Positions 24,829-36,853 are shown, counted from the first letter of the stretch. The stretch is DNA of 64,000 nucleotides from Malacoraja senta (GCA_038087875.1 CM075981.1:69750001-69814000), one strand, 5' to 3'. Numbers and translations: made by a program. Notes: generated from the letters alone by a model not told the origin.

Positions 24829-24887
24829 CTGAAGCGTTTAATCTGCAGCTGCTGAAACCCAGGAACCTTGTCATAAAATGGAACGAT
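24829..24887 (-). CDS. Mucin-like gene exon 5: SEA middle (IVPFYDKVPGFQQLQIKRF)
   Basis: gtcctgcag|ATC acceptor, AG|gtgatg donor, 59 nt; PGF..L.I..F motif of MUC3/17- and IMPG-type SEA domains. Confidence 0.82.
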
Positions 24888-25209
24888 CTGCAGGACAAGA
24901 GGAGGAGAGCGGTTACAGTATTCCTGCTTCCCAAAGAGGCAGCAAAACCCAGCAATGCGAGAGCCGGGCAAGGTACGGTGACGGTGTAAGTGGACACACT
25001 TGGAGACGGTGTGAGTGAGTGAACACACTCTGTAATAACAGGAAGCTACACCCAATGACAGCAACTATGTGCATTGAACACCCAGTGTCAGTGTGAGCAG
25101 TGTGGCAACAATGCAAGTGGAAACCCAATGACTCTGCCTGCCTTTGCTGGAGTCCATCAACAGCAGCTGTATGAAATGAGTTGCAATGACTGTAACAGCT
25201 GAACACGTT

Positions 25210-25482
25210 GGGGTGGCATGGTGGCACAGCGATATAGTTGCTGCCATACAGTACCGGTTCGATCCCCACTATGGGTGCAGTCTGCACAGAGTTGATATGT
25301 TCTACCTGTGACTGCGTGGGTTTTTTCGGGTGCTCCGGTTTCTCCCCGCACTCCAAAGATGTACAGGTTTGTAGATAAATTGTAAATTGCCCCTAGTGTG
25401 TAGGATAGTGCTAGTGTACACTGGTCGACGTATACTCGGTGGGCTGAAGGGCCTGTATCCACACTGTATCTCTAAAGTAAAG
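25210..25482 (+). mobile_element. V-SINE (HE1-like)
   Basis: A box, GGTTCGATCCC B box, central core and tail. Confidence 0.78.
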
Positions 25483-25759
25483 TAATACTGGGTGAATTGG
25501 GACTGTCCAAGGAAAAGGAGGTATCTGGTGAACCCTGTTGGCAAGGTGCAACGGAGCCTTGAGCTCATCACTCGGTGTCTCGCTCGGGCTGAGGTGATGG
25601 TGACACCCAGGAGCTTTGGCACATTGTGGAGAGTACTGTACACTTGCTCAACGGATGCAGAGTAATAACAAACTACAATCTCCCTCAAACCATTCTCAGC
25701 GGTAGAACAAGCCAACCCAGATGAGAGCTGCTGATCAGATCATGACTTTAAAGTCTTAC

Positions 25760-25875
25760 TTTGAGTGTGAAATCCTTGGCCAGGTTCTGGTATTCGTCGG
25801 ACTTTGAGTCTTCCAGTTGATGATCAAAGCTCATGTCCAGAATAAGCTTTGTTGGAATCTTTACAGTGATGCCCT
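25760..25875 (-). CDS. Mucin-like gene exon 4: SEA N-terminal part (GITVKIPTKLILDMSFDHQLEDSKSDEYQNLAKDFTLK)
   Basis: ctcttgcag|AG acceptor, AAA|gtaaga donor, 116 nt; F...L.D..S.EY..L is the SEA signature. Confidence 0.88.
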
Positions 25876-26231
25876 CTGCAAGAGAGAGCATTGAGGTTAT
25901 CATTACTGATCCAAGTTCCTCCATTATCCCACATCTCCCGAACACCACAACCTTACACGGAGATATTGCCATTCCTTCAATTCTGGTCTCCAATTCCTGC
26001 CATGAATTTAATCACTCCACCATTGCAACTGTGCCGTTACTAACCATGAACCAAGCACTGGAATATCCTTCCCACAACATTGCACCATTATAACCAACAA
26101 CACTGACCAAGCTATTTGTCTCCAGATAAATTACATTCTGACGTGCCGTATAAGAATGCTTCACAGGAATAAGATAATTTGCCATTAAAGATGTTTTAGA
26201 AATGCACTCATGTTTTTGATCAGATCTATCG

Positions 26232-26490
26232 TTGTATAACTGGGGTACTGTACTGGTGGGGACAGGTCTGTTGCTCTATAACTCTGGGGTACAGTACCAG
26301 TCGGATCAAATCTGTAACTATATAACACTGGGATACAGTACTGGTGGGGACAGGTCTGTCACTGTATAACACTGGGTACAGTACTGGTGGGGAGAGTATC
26401 TCTGTATAACACTGGGTACAGTACTGGTGGGGACAGGTCTGTCACTGTATAACACTGGGTACAGTACTGGTGGGGACAGGTCTGTCATTG
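26232..26490 (+). repeat. ~43-bp tandem minisatellite, about 6 units
   Basis: tataacactgggtacagtactggtggggacaggtctgtcactg repeated. Confidence 0.9.
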
Positions 26491-26780
26491 GACTAACACT
26501 GGGGCAGAGCACCGCTGGGCACAGTTCAGTAAATATGTAACACTGGAAAAGTGTACTGGTGAATGCAGGTAAGTCACAGTGTGACTGAGCATGCAATGGT
26601 GATCGGCACTTGGTTTGATTAAGTTTAGTTTAGTTTAGTTTTATTTATTGTCACGTGTACCGAGGTACAGTGAAAAGCTTTTGTTGCGCGCTGACCAGTC
26701 AGCAGAAAGACAATACATGATTACAATTGTGCCATCACCGTGTGCAGATACGTGATAAAGGGAATAACGTTTAACCATAT

Positions 26781-27200
26781 AACCTTTACAGCACGGAAAC
26801 AGGCCATCTCGGCCCTTCAAGTCCGTGCCGAACACTTCCCCCCCCCTTCTTTCTTCTTTCTTCCCCCTAGTCCCATCTACCTGCACTCAGACCATAACCC
26901 TCCATTCCTTTCCCGTCCATATACCCATCCAATCTATTTTTAAATGATAAAATCGAACCTGCCTCCACCACTTCCACTGGAAGCTCATTCCACACAGCTA
27001 CCACTCTCTGAGTAAAGAAGTTCCCCCTAATGTTACCCCTAAACTTCTGTCCCTTAATTCTCAAGTCATGTCCCCTTGTTTGAATCTTCCCTACTCTCAA
27101 TGGGAAAAGCTTATCCACGTCAACTCTGTCTAACCCGCTCATCATTTTAAAGACCTCTATCAAGTCCCCTCTTAACCTTCTGCGCTCCAAAGAATAAAGA
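26781..27200 (-). mobile_element. CR1 LINE 3' fragment nested in a Rex-type tail
   Basis: ERRRLRGDLIEVFKMMSGLDRVD...TRGH.L...FFTQRVV.VWNELP. Confidence 0.9.
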
Positions 27201-28289
27201 CCTATTATTTTTAGTTTAGTTTAGTGCAAGATAAAGTCCAGTAACATCCGATTAAAGACCAATGAGGTAGATAGTAGCCCAGGACTGCTGGTTTAGCAGT
27301 TGGTAGGATGGTTCAGTTGCCTGAAACAGCTGGGAAGAAACTGTCCCCGATTCTGGAGGTGTGCGTTTTCACACTTCTATACCTCTTGCTTGATGGGAGA
27401 GGGGAGGATAAGGAGTGGCCAGGGTGAAGAAAAGCTGCCGTTGGGGTGGAGCTATAAAAGAGTGGAGCGACTGTAGTTCGTTATCTTCAATACGTTGCAG
27501 ATAAAGTTGACAATGCAAAGTATTCAGGGAGGAAATGAGCCACTTCCTGAATGGAAAAAATGTCTGTCCATGAAGCTAAATGTGTGAACTTTTAAAACAC
27601 ACAGCTTTTATATACCTTCTGCATTTAAACTCGACCCCTGAATTAACCTTTGTCTCGGGAGCTTCACAGAATTCTAGTTCTGACACTAGACACTTCTTTA
27701 CAAATGAAAATCTACTCTCCTCATCAATAGGATGAGCATTTATACGATTTCAGAAAAAGCACGAAGATGCTGAAAATGCAGATGCCGGACATCGGAAATT
27801 AGTCCGAAAATCCTGGATGTACTCAGGAGCGAAGTGGAGTAAAGAGTTGACATTTTATTGTGTAGAGAACATTCCTCAGGCCTGAGTCAAGTACAAGGTT
27901 ATCATGCTGAAACATTTATCCTGTTCCTCTCTCCAGGAATGCTGACTGACCCTGCTCAGAACTGCTAGAAATTTTCTGTCTGAAAATACTGGATCTCTGA
28001 GTCATTTCTTGTTGTTCAACGTGGTCGGCATCTGAGGGAATCTGAATGGAATTGCTCTTCTTGTTGGTTGCAATAAAAAGGAATCTGACTTTTACGGCAC
28101 CTTCCCTTGTCTTGAGAATCCTGAAGTACTTTAAATCCAATAGTTTAGATTCTCACTGTATCTTGGTACATCCAACAATAATAAATCTAAACCGAAAATG
28201 TCCACACCAGAACTGTGCACTCTACAGATCAACTAGCATAAATATTCACAGACGTGCGACATCTTTAACCTCTCACTATTCCATTGTGA

Positions 28290-28760
28290 GATCGCCACCT
28301 GCTTCAAAAAGACCACTTTCATATCGGTGCTGAAGGAAAGTAAGGTATCGTGCCTTAATGACCACCATTCAACGGCTAAGACATCCACCACCATGAAGTG
28401 CTTTGAGGGACTGGTGATGGAGCACATTCAGCTTCCCAGCTAGCCTTGACCCACTGTAGTTTGCTTACCGTCACAACAGGTCCACACCTGACACCATGTC
28501 CGTGGCCCCAAGTTGCTAAACCCATCTCTGGAACACCTCGACACCAACATTTAGATTCCTCTTTATCAACTACAGTTCTGCCTTCTACACCATAATCCCA
28601 TCAAACTCGTTGTAGATGGAGTCCAGTGCATTAAAAAGACAAGACTTCCCACCATTGACTCCATCTACACTTCACGCTGCCGTGGAAAATCAGCTAATAT
28701 AATCAAAGTCTTGTCCCACCGCGATCATTTCTGCTTCTCCCTCCTCCCATCCATTATTAT
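28290..28760 (+). mobile_element. Rex1/Babar-type LINE RT remnant
   Basis: CLNDH...TSTTMKCFEGLV and LDPL.FAYR.NRST-like remnants. Confidence 0.65.
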
Positions 28761-28847
28761 TGTTCAGTCGCCCATCGTCAACATTTTGGACGTCATCGTT
28801 TGCCGGAAACTTAACCAGCCCAGCCACACTAATCGGTTCAGGCGTAC

Positions 28848-31800
28848 CTCTGACCTGTGGTAGCCGGTCCTCCACGATAAAAATCTGCTTGTGTCTCTCT
28901 GGAGGAGTGGACAGTGAGACTGTGTACTCCGCAGCTCCAGAGGTGGCTGGTGTGTGCTGCTGCTGCTGCCCGATGCTCTGCACAGCTCCCACTCGCTCTG
29001 TATCCCCAGCTGACGATGTTGGCCTGACTGATGTATTGATGCTTGGCTGGGACGTAGGGTGCAGGAGTGCAAATGATCCGGTGTTTGGTGCGGGCAAAGT
29101 TAGAGCAGAGCCAACCCTGCCCCGTGTCTGGTTGATGCCTGTACCCCTTGTCCCATTTACGCCTGTGGTCTGTGTCCGACTGACATCTGTGTTCTGTGTC
29201 TGACTGGCATCTGTACTCAGTGTAGGTCTGATGTGTGAGGTCAGTGTATTAATGATGTCCTGGCTCTGTGTCTCGCTAACATCCATGGTCAGTGTCTGAC
29301 CAATATTCGGGCCTAATGTCCAGCTGATGTCTGTGCTCTCTGTCTGACTGTCATCCATGTTGAATGTCCATCTGTTGCCTGTACTCTCTGTCTCACTCAC
29401 AACCATGCCCTCCGTCTGGCTCATGTTGATGCTTTCTGTCCAGTTGATGTCTGGGCTCTCTGTCTGACTGATGTCTGGGCTCTGTGTCTGACTGATGTCT
29501 GTGCTCTCTGTCTGAATGATGTCTGTGTTCTCCGTCTGACTGATGTCTGGGCTCTGTGTCTGACTGATGTTCATGTTATCTGTCCCAATAACGCCCGTGC
29601 TCTCGATCAGACTGACATCTCTGCTCTGTGTCCAATTGATGTCTGTACTCTGTGTCCTTCTGATGTGTGTGCTCTGTGTCTGAGTGATATCCGTTAGCAG
29701 TGTCCGGCTGCTGCCTGCACTCAGTGTCCGACTGATGTCAGTGTTTAGTGTCTGACTGAAGTCTGGGTTCAGTGTCTGACTGATGTCTGTGCTCTGTGTC
29801 TGACTGACACCCATGTTCTGTGTCAGACTGATGCCCATACCCAGTGTCTGACTAATGTCGGTGTTCTGTGTCTGACTGACATCTGTACTCAGTGTAGGTC
29901 TGGTGTGTGAGGTCAGTGTATTAATGATGTCCTGGCTCTGTGTCTCGCTAACATCCATGGTCAGTGTCTGACTGATATTCGGGCCCAATGTCCAGCTGAT
30001 GTCTGTGCTCTCTGTCCGACTGATATCCCAGACCTCTGTCTGACTGTCAACTGTGTTGAATGTCTGTCTGTTGCCTGTACTCTCTGTCTCACTCACAACC
30101 ATGCTCTCCGTCTGGCTCATGTTGATGCTTTCTGTCCAGTTGATGTCTGGGCTCTCTGTCTGACTGATGTCTGGGCTCTGTGTCTGACTGATGCCTGGGC
30201 TCTGTGTCTGACTGATGTCTGCGCTCTGTGTCTGACTGATGCCTGGGCTCTGTGTCTGACTGATGCCTGGGCTCTGTGTCTGACTGATGTCTGGGCTCTG
30301 TGTCTGACTGATGTCTGGGCTCTGTGTCTGACTGATGCCTGGGCTCTGTGTCTGACTGATGTCTGCGCTCTGTGTCTGACTGATGCCTGGGCTCTGTGTC
30401 TGACTGATGCCTGGGCTCTGTGTCTGACTGATGCCTGGGCTCTGTGTCTGACTGATGCCTGGGCTCTGTGTCTGACTGATGCCTGGGCTCTGTGTCTGAC
30501 TGATGTCTGCGCTCTGTGTCTGACTGATGCCTGGGCTCTGTGTCTGACTGATGCCTGGGCTCTGTGTCTGACTGATGTCTGCGCTCTGTGTCTGACTGAT
30601 GCCTGGGCTCTGTGTCTGACTGATGTCTGCGCTCTGTGTCTGACTGATGCCTGGGCTCTGTGTCTGACTGATGTCTGGGCTCTGTGTCTGACTGATGCCT
30701 GGGCTCTGTGTCTGACTGATGTCTGCGCTCTGTGTCTGACTGATGCCTGGGCTCTGTGTCTGACTGATGTCTGGGCTCTGTGTCTGACTGATGCCTGGGC
30801 TCTGTGTCTGACTGATGCCTGGGCTCTGTGTCTGACTGATGTCTGGGCTCTGTGTCTGACTGATGTCTGGGCTCTGTGTCTGACTGATGCCTGGGCTCCG
30901 TGTCTGACTGATGTCTGCGCTCTCTGTCTGACTGATGTCTGCGCTCTCTGTCTGACTGATGTTCATGTTATCTGTCCTAATGACACCCGTGCTCTCAATC
31001 AGACTGACATCTCTGCTCTGTGTCCAATTGATGTCTGTACTCCGTGTCCTTCTGATGTGTGTGCTCTGTGTCTGAGTGATATCCATTAGCAGTGTCCGGC
31101 TGCTGCCTGCACTCAGTGTCTGACTGACGTCTGGGCCCAGTGTCCGACTGATGTCTGTGTTTAGTGTCTGACTGATGTCTGGGTTCAGTGTGTGGCTGAC
31201 GTTTGGGCCCGATGTCCGACTGACATCTGTTTTTAGTGTCTGACTGATGTCTGGGTTCAGTGTCTGATTAATGTCGGTGTTCTGTGTCTGACTGACATCT
31301 GTACTCAGTGTAGGTCTGATGTGTGAGGTCAGTGTATTAATGATGTCCTGGCTTTGTGTCTCGCTGACATCCATGGTCAGTGTCTGACTGATATTCGGGC
31401 CCAATGTCCAGCTGATGTCTGTCCTCTCTGTCCGACTGATAGCTGAGCCCTCTGTCTGACTGTCATCCATGTTGAATGTCCGTCTGTTGCCTTTACTCTC
31501 TGTCTCACTCAAAACCATGCTCTCCATCTGGCTCATGTCGATGCTTTCTGTCCAGTTGATGTCTGGGCTCTCTGTCTGACTGATGTCTGTGCTCAGTGTC
31601 TGACTGATGTCTGCGCTCTGTGTGTGACTGATGTCTGGGCTCTGTGTCTGACTGATGTCTGGGCTCTGTGTGTGACTGATGTCTGCGCTCTGTGTCTGAC
31701 TGATGTCTCGGCTCTGTGTGTGACTGATGTCTGGGCTCTGTGTCTGACTGATGTCTGGGCTCTGTGTGTGACTGATGTCTGCGCTCTGTGTCTGACTGAT

Positions 31801-34800
31801 GCCTGGGCTCTGTGTGTGACTGATGTCTGGGCTCTGTGTGTGACTGATGTCTGCGCTCTGTGTCTGACTGATGTCTGGGCTCTGTGTCTGACTGATGTCT
31901 GGGCTCTGTGTGTGACTGATGTCTGCGCTCTGTGTCTGACTGATGTCTGGGCTCTGTGTGTGACTGATGTCTGCGCTCTGTGTCTGACCGATGTCTGTGC
32001 TCTGTGTCTGACTGATGTCTGCATTCTCTGTCTGACTGATGTCTGGGCTCTGTGTGTGACTGATGTCTGCGCTCTGTGTCTGACTGATGTCTGGGCTCTG
32101 TGTGTGACTGATGTCTGCGCTCTGTGTCTGACTGATGTCTGCGCTCTGTGTCTGACCGATGTCTGTGCTCTGTGTCTGACTGATGTCTGGGCTCTGTGTG
32201 TGACTGATGTCTGCGCTCTGTGTCTGACTGATGTCTGCGCTCTGTGTCTGACCGATGTCTGTGCTCTGTGTCTGACTGATGTCTGGGCTCTGTGTGTGAC
32301 TGATGTCTGCGCTCTGTGTCTGACTGATGTCTGGGCTCTGTGTGTGACTGATGTCTGCGCTCTGTGTCTGACCGATGTCTGTGCTCTGTGTCTGACTGAT
32401 GTCTGCATTCTCTGTCTGACTGATGTCTGGGCTCTCTGTCTGACTGATGTTCATGTTATCTGTCCTAATGACACCCGTGCTCTCGATCAGACTGACATCT
32501 CTGCTCTGTGTCCAATCGATGTCTGTACTCCGTGTCCTTCTGATGTGTGTGCTCTGTGCCTGAGTGATATCCGTTAGCAGTGTCCGGCTGCTGCCTGCAC
32601 TCGGTGTCTGACTGATGTCTGGGCCCAGTGTCCGACTGATGTCTGTGTTTAGTGTCTGACTGATGTCTGTGTTCAGTGTCTGACCGACGAGTGAAGTTAG
32701 TGTCTGACTGATGTCTGTGTTTAGTGTCTGACTGACGTCTGGGCCCAGTGTCTGACTGACACCTGTGTTTAGTGTCTGACTGATGTCTGGGCTCCATGTC
32801 TGTCTGGTATCCTTGCTGAGTGTTGAGGCGCTAGGAGTGCTATGTGTTATAAATAAGTCAGTCGGTACTAAAGTTGACGAGAGTTGTGGAGTGATTTTGG
32901 GATGAGTTGACGAGCCTGATGTAGGTGACCCCCCATGACTGCTCGTTTCCACCACGGAATCAGGCTGAGCAACATCGGCTAACGTCGTCAACATTTTCCA
33001 TTGCCATTGTTCAGTTAACCAAGGCCGTGCTGACAGCATTGCTAGGTTGCCAAGATCTTCTGTGCCAACATGTGCGATAGGAAGCTTTGAAGAACCCTTG
33101 GGCACTGAACTCAGCGTCCATGATGTGAAAGATTCCTCACTGACTAAAGAACCCTCTGCAGAAGATGAAGGTGGTGTAGGAGAGTTACTCTCCAAGCTGA
33201 TGCTGGTCGGTAGGGCTGATGCCCCACTCGAGGCTGGAGAGGAGCTGCCAGGCCTTTGCCAACTCACCACACCCCACTGGTCAACAGGAGGCTGAGATGT
33301 TGTCAGAAGGCCAAGCTCAGATGGCTGGAACTTGGCCAAGTTGGTCACCGAAACAGGCAGCGACGAGGATGGTGGGAATTGTGCCCCAGAATGGGTTGGG
33401 TCTGAGAAATCAAAAGTCAAGGAAGGGGTGGTTGGAGCAACCAAACTTCCCAAAGTGGTCACGTCCTGGTTCTGGACTTGTGCCAAGGTCTTGCCCGGTA
33501 AAACTCTTCCTGAAGACCATGCATTGGGCAATGTGATTTGACGTGATGGCCTGGTGTTAGGCAGCGTTGGTGATCTCCAGGGAAACCATGTGAATAGCAA
33601 GGCTGTTTGGAGATCCAACGCATTGGGTGGAGTATCACTGTGGTCAACGTCAGTGGGTGGTGGGCTTCTGTTTGCCAGAGGCCGGGATATGATGACTTCG
33701 GTGGTGAAAAGCCTCGTAAGGCCGGTGAAACGTCCGGAACTGGGAGAGGTGTTGATCGGCCCCGTTGTCAAGTACCTTCCATCCATTGCCAGTGAGTGCG
33801 ATGGTGCAGTCTGTGTGGTGTCCACATTATTCATAGAAGGAACAGCTGAAGGGATTCCAGCGACTTGGGCACAGCCGCTGACTCCTGTCTCGCAGATCAG
33901 ACTTTCCACATCTGTTTCCTGGTCGGTGGAAGGTCCCCGCACTGGGAGCTTGGAAGAATGTGTAGTCAGTTCAGGACTTTCTAACACACTCCCCGGTTTA
34001 ATCGCCGCTTGGCTGTGGGCTGCTGGAGCGGCGGAGGAAATGTCTTTGAATTGGAATTTCCTTTGCATGCCGCCAAGCTGACTCACTTCTGCTGAGGTCA
34101 GCAGATGGTGGCTTCGGAGATCACCTGCGTTTGAATTGCGAACGTGGAGTGAGGTGGGCCTGTGGGTGTGGCTCGTGTGAGAGGAGAGAGCACCGTGTTT
34201 CCCGGAGCCCAATGCAGTCTCCCGGTGCTCTGTGGAGGACTGAGCGGCGCGGAGTTCCGCAGTGGAGCCGAGGTCCGGTTTGTGGCTGGGTGCCGGGTCC
34301 CGGGCCGTTCCTCTCCCGTGCAAGTAGTCAACGCCCTGGGACCCTCCGACTGCTCCCCGGCTGCCCCCGGGTCTTGTAAACCGGGCAATGTTGCCGGCTT
34401 TGAGTGACCGGCCCGGTGCCAGAGACCCCGGGGTGTTGGGGTGGGACTCGGTTGCAACCCCACCCCGACCGCCTTCGGCTTCGCTGCTGCTGCTGCTGCT
34501 GCCCGTCTCATCGTCACCCCTGGTCAGCCTTGGCTCCTGCCCCAACCCCGAGCCCGGGACACGGCGCCTGCCCGTCTTGCCTTCCTGGTGGCTCATCACA
34601 TCATCCGCCTGGGGAACCAGTGACCGGGGTAGTGACCGGGCTCCATCCACCAGCGTGATGTTCTCAGGGGTGAATAAAAAAGACCCAAGGCTGGGTCTCA
34701 GCACTAGGCTGGAGTTCATGTTCGCTCTGGAGGTGAGTGTTGGCGCGGGCAATGGCTTCCGACCGCTGATGGAGTTCGACTGGGAGCTTCCAATGGGGCC

Positions 34801-35420
34801 GGAGATGTTGTTGACAAATGGTGCAAGGATGGAGAAGCGACCTGGGCGAGAGCTGGAGGCAGAGCGTGGTCCTGGGGTTGTGCCGCTGCTGTGTCCGGTG
34901 TGGGAGACGGGATTGAGTTGTGTGCCGCTGCTGTGTCCAGTGTGGGAGACGGGATTGAGTTGTGTGCTGCTGCTGTGTCCAGTGTGGGAGACGGGATTGA
35001 GTTGGGTGCCGCTGCTGTGTTGAGGGGCAGGGTTGGGTTTGGTGTGGGTGGTGGAGATGGAGTCAGGCGTAGCAGCAGATTCTCCTGGAGACGCCAGTCT
35101 TGTCGAGTTGGGATGTGATGACACACGGGGATCCGCCTGGCGATGCCTTGCTGCCGGGATGTTTCCTGGCACCGGGTGGGCTCGGGTTCCCCGCTTGGGG
35201 CGGACTGGAAGATTGGGAGCCTGGGAGCGGTGGTGGACGCCGGCAGGTGGTTTACTCGCCAGCTCCTTTCCACTGGGTTTCGGGACTTGATCGGACGACT
35301 CGGGGGACATTAAGATTTCTTTGCGTTTGAAGCCAGCTTCCTTTCCCCGGACTGGAGAAGGGTTTGGAATCGCCATCAGTGGCTCCGGGCCATTGGGGTC
35401 CATTCCTCTGCTGGGTAGTC
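28848..35420 (-). CDS. Mucin-like gene exon 3: giant 6,573-nt Ser/Thr/Pro-rich stalk exon with 8-aa tandem repeats
   Basis: Lies within the 2247-aa ORF; gggacag|GA acceptor and AGAG|gtacgc donor give a symmetric phase-1 exon (2191 codons) joining the CUB and SEA exons in frame. Confidence 0.9.
29170..32790 (-). repeat. Coding 24-bp minisatellite (D/G-I-S-Q/H-T-Q-S-P/A/T) in three higher-order blocks; homogeneous cores ~30140-30960 and ~31560-32450
   Basis: Plus-strand unit gtctgactgatgtctgggctctgt repeated dozens of times; landmark tgtccggctg at 29701, 31093, 32581. Confidence 0.97.
34882..35020 (-). repeat. Coding 42-bp tandem repeat x3 (TQLNPVSHTGHSS[G/S])
   Basis: Visible in both the DNA and the translation. 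Confidence 0.9.
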
Positions 35421-35586
35421 CTGTCCCAAACATGAGAACAAAGCACGAGTGAGATTATTCAGGTACAACCCTGGCATTCAGTTTGCAGTTTTAGTCATGT
35501 TTGGGACGGCTCGGGGTCGCCGTTTACATCACGTTTTCTAGGGTCCAACACCAATCAGAGGGGGAAATATATAAACACACAGAAGA

Positions 35587-35751
35587 TAGACCCAAAAAGC
35601 TGGAGTAACTCAGCGGGACAGGCAGCATCTCTGGAGGGAAGGAATGGGTGACCTTTCGGGTCGAGACCCTTCTTCAGACCCGAAACGTCACCCATTCCTT
35701 CCCTCCAGAGATGCTGCCCAGGCAGCTGAGTTACTCCAGTTTTTTGTGTCT
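35587..35751. repeat. Near-perfect palindromic Penelope-terminus element
   Basis: About 75-bp inverted arms around gagacccttcttca. Confidence 0.85.
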
Positions 35752-36142
35752 ATCTTCGGTTTAACGCAGCATCTGCAGTTCCTTCCTATATAACCACACA
35801 AGCGCGTATACACAGAGGCGCGAAGCTACACGCGTATGTATGTATGTGTACAACGAGTGTACTCACACCTCCTGAGGCGCTGCTCCAGAGTGGAGTCAGA
35901 TTGAAGATGAGATCGAATGCACCAGCAGAGCTGATCTGGTGTGGTTTTTAACCAGCGTCTTCAAAGGAGAAAACAGACCGAGAGATTAGGATGGAATCAC
36001 CGACTATGGAGCTCGGCGACTGCAAACGTGAGGATCAGCAACAGATTGGAAGTAGAGAAGCCGGCAGCTTGGAATTAGAGACAGAGAAAGGTGCAGGTGC
36101 AGCGATTTCACAAAGGCAGTCAAACATATACTAAACCATACA

Positions 36143-36307
36143 CAGAGTACTGGAGTAACTCCGCATATCAGGCAGCATCTGTGGAGGGCATAGATAGGCG
36201 GCATTCCGGGTCGGGACCTTTCTTCAGACTCGAACCTGACCCGAAATGTTGTCTATTCATTCCCTCCACAGATGCTGCCTGACCCGCAGAGTTACTCAAG
36301 CACTTTG
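36143..36307. repeat. Second, diverged palindromic Penelope-terminus element
   Basis: gagtaactccgc..caggcagcatctgtggaggg ... ccctccacagatgctgcctg..gagttactc. Confidence 0.75.
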
Positions 36308-36466
36308 TTTTTTGCTCGATTCCATTATTTGTGATTCCTTATGTATCCATGCACAGAAACAAAGACAAATTCTCCCTCTTTATTATGTATTTATCTCTAT
36401 CTCTATAGAGATCTCACTCACTCACAATGGCAGGAGTCTCGCTGTGCCTCAGTCCGCCAAACTTAC

Positions 36467-36853
36467 CCAAGTACTGCAGGGTAAATCTATGCTTGAAGCC
36501 AGAAGTCAATGCTTTAAGAGTGATAACAACCGGCCCTCGCGCTCGGATCACAAGCTTCTTTCCAGCTTCGTGGATACTCCAGAAGAGGCCACAGAATTCA
36601 CTTTCCTTTTCTGTTGCTTCCAGTTTGATTGTCAAGTGGGCAGAAGAAGTACAGCCGGCATCGGTCCGGGGCGTTGTCTGATTTGACACAACCTCCAACT
36701 CGACGGCCGCCGCTCTGGGTGCTGGCAGAATCCAGTAACACTTGATCCCATTGACGGAGTCGGTCGCAGGCAGGGAATACTGCGAGATTCCCTGGGTGAC
36801 ATTGGGAAGCAGAACACCGCCACACTCCTCCTGGGATGGGCCGAGGAGAAACC
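36467..36853 (-). CDS. Mucin-like gene exon 2: end of signal peptide and CUB domain (ECGGVLL...KCYWIL...GCTSS...EFCG...RFTLQY)
   Basis: ttcttcag|GG acceptor, G|gtaagt donor, 387 nt, phase 1-1, open; CUB hallmarks CGG, CxW, C, FCG and terminal F..Y. Confidence 0.85.

Noticed and set aside
31593-32577. Long alternative-frame and antisense ORFs (QTSVRHRA and TDVWALCL repeats)
   Set aside because: By-products of a stop-free 24-bp repeat; only the DISQTQSP frame connects to splice sites and domains
29170-32790. CRISPR-like array, or SQ/TQ cluster for ATM/ATR phosphorylation
   Set aside because: Eukaryotic coding tandem repeat with no unique spacers; the region is predicted extracellular
33047-35330. 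Many overlapping plus-strand ORFs
   Set aside because: Antisense shadows of a GC-rich coding exon, with no domain signal
28690-35433. The 2247-aa ORF as a stand-alone intronless gene
   Set aside because: No signal peptide; its first 4 and last ~52 codons lie outside good splice sites, and the end runs into a Rex-type LINE remnant. It is an internal exon, although intron retention cannot be excluded
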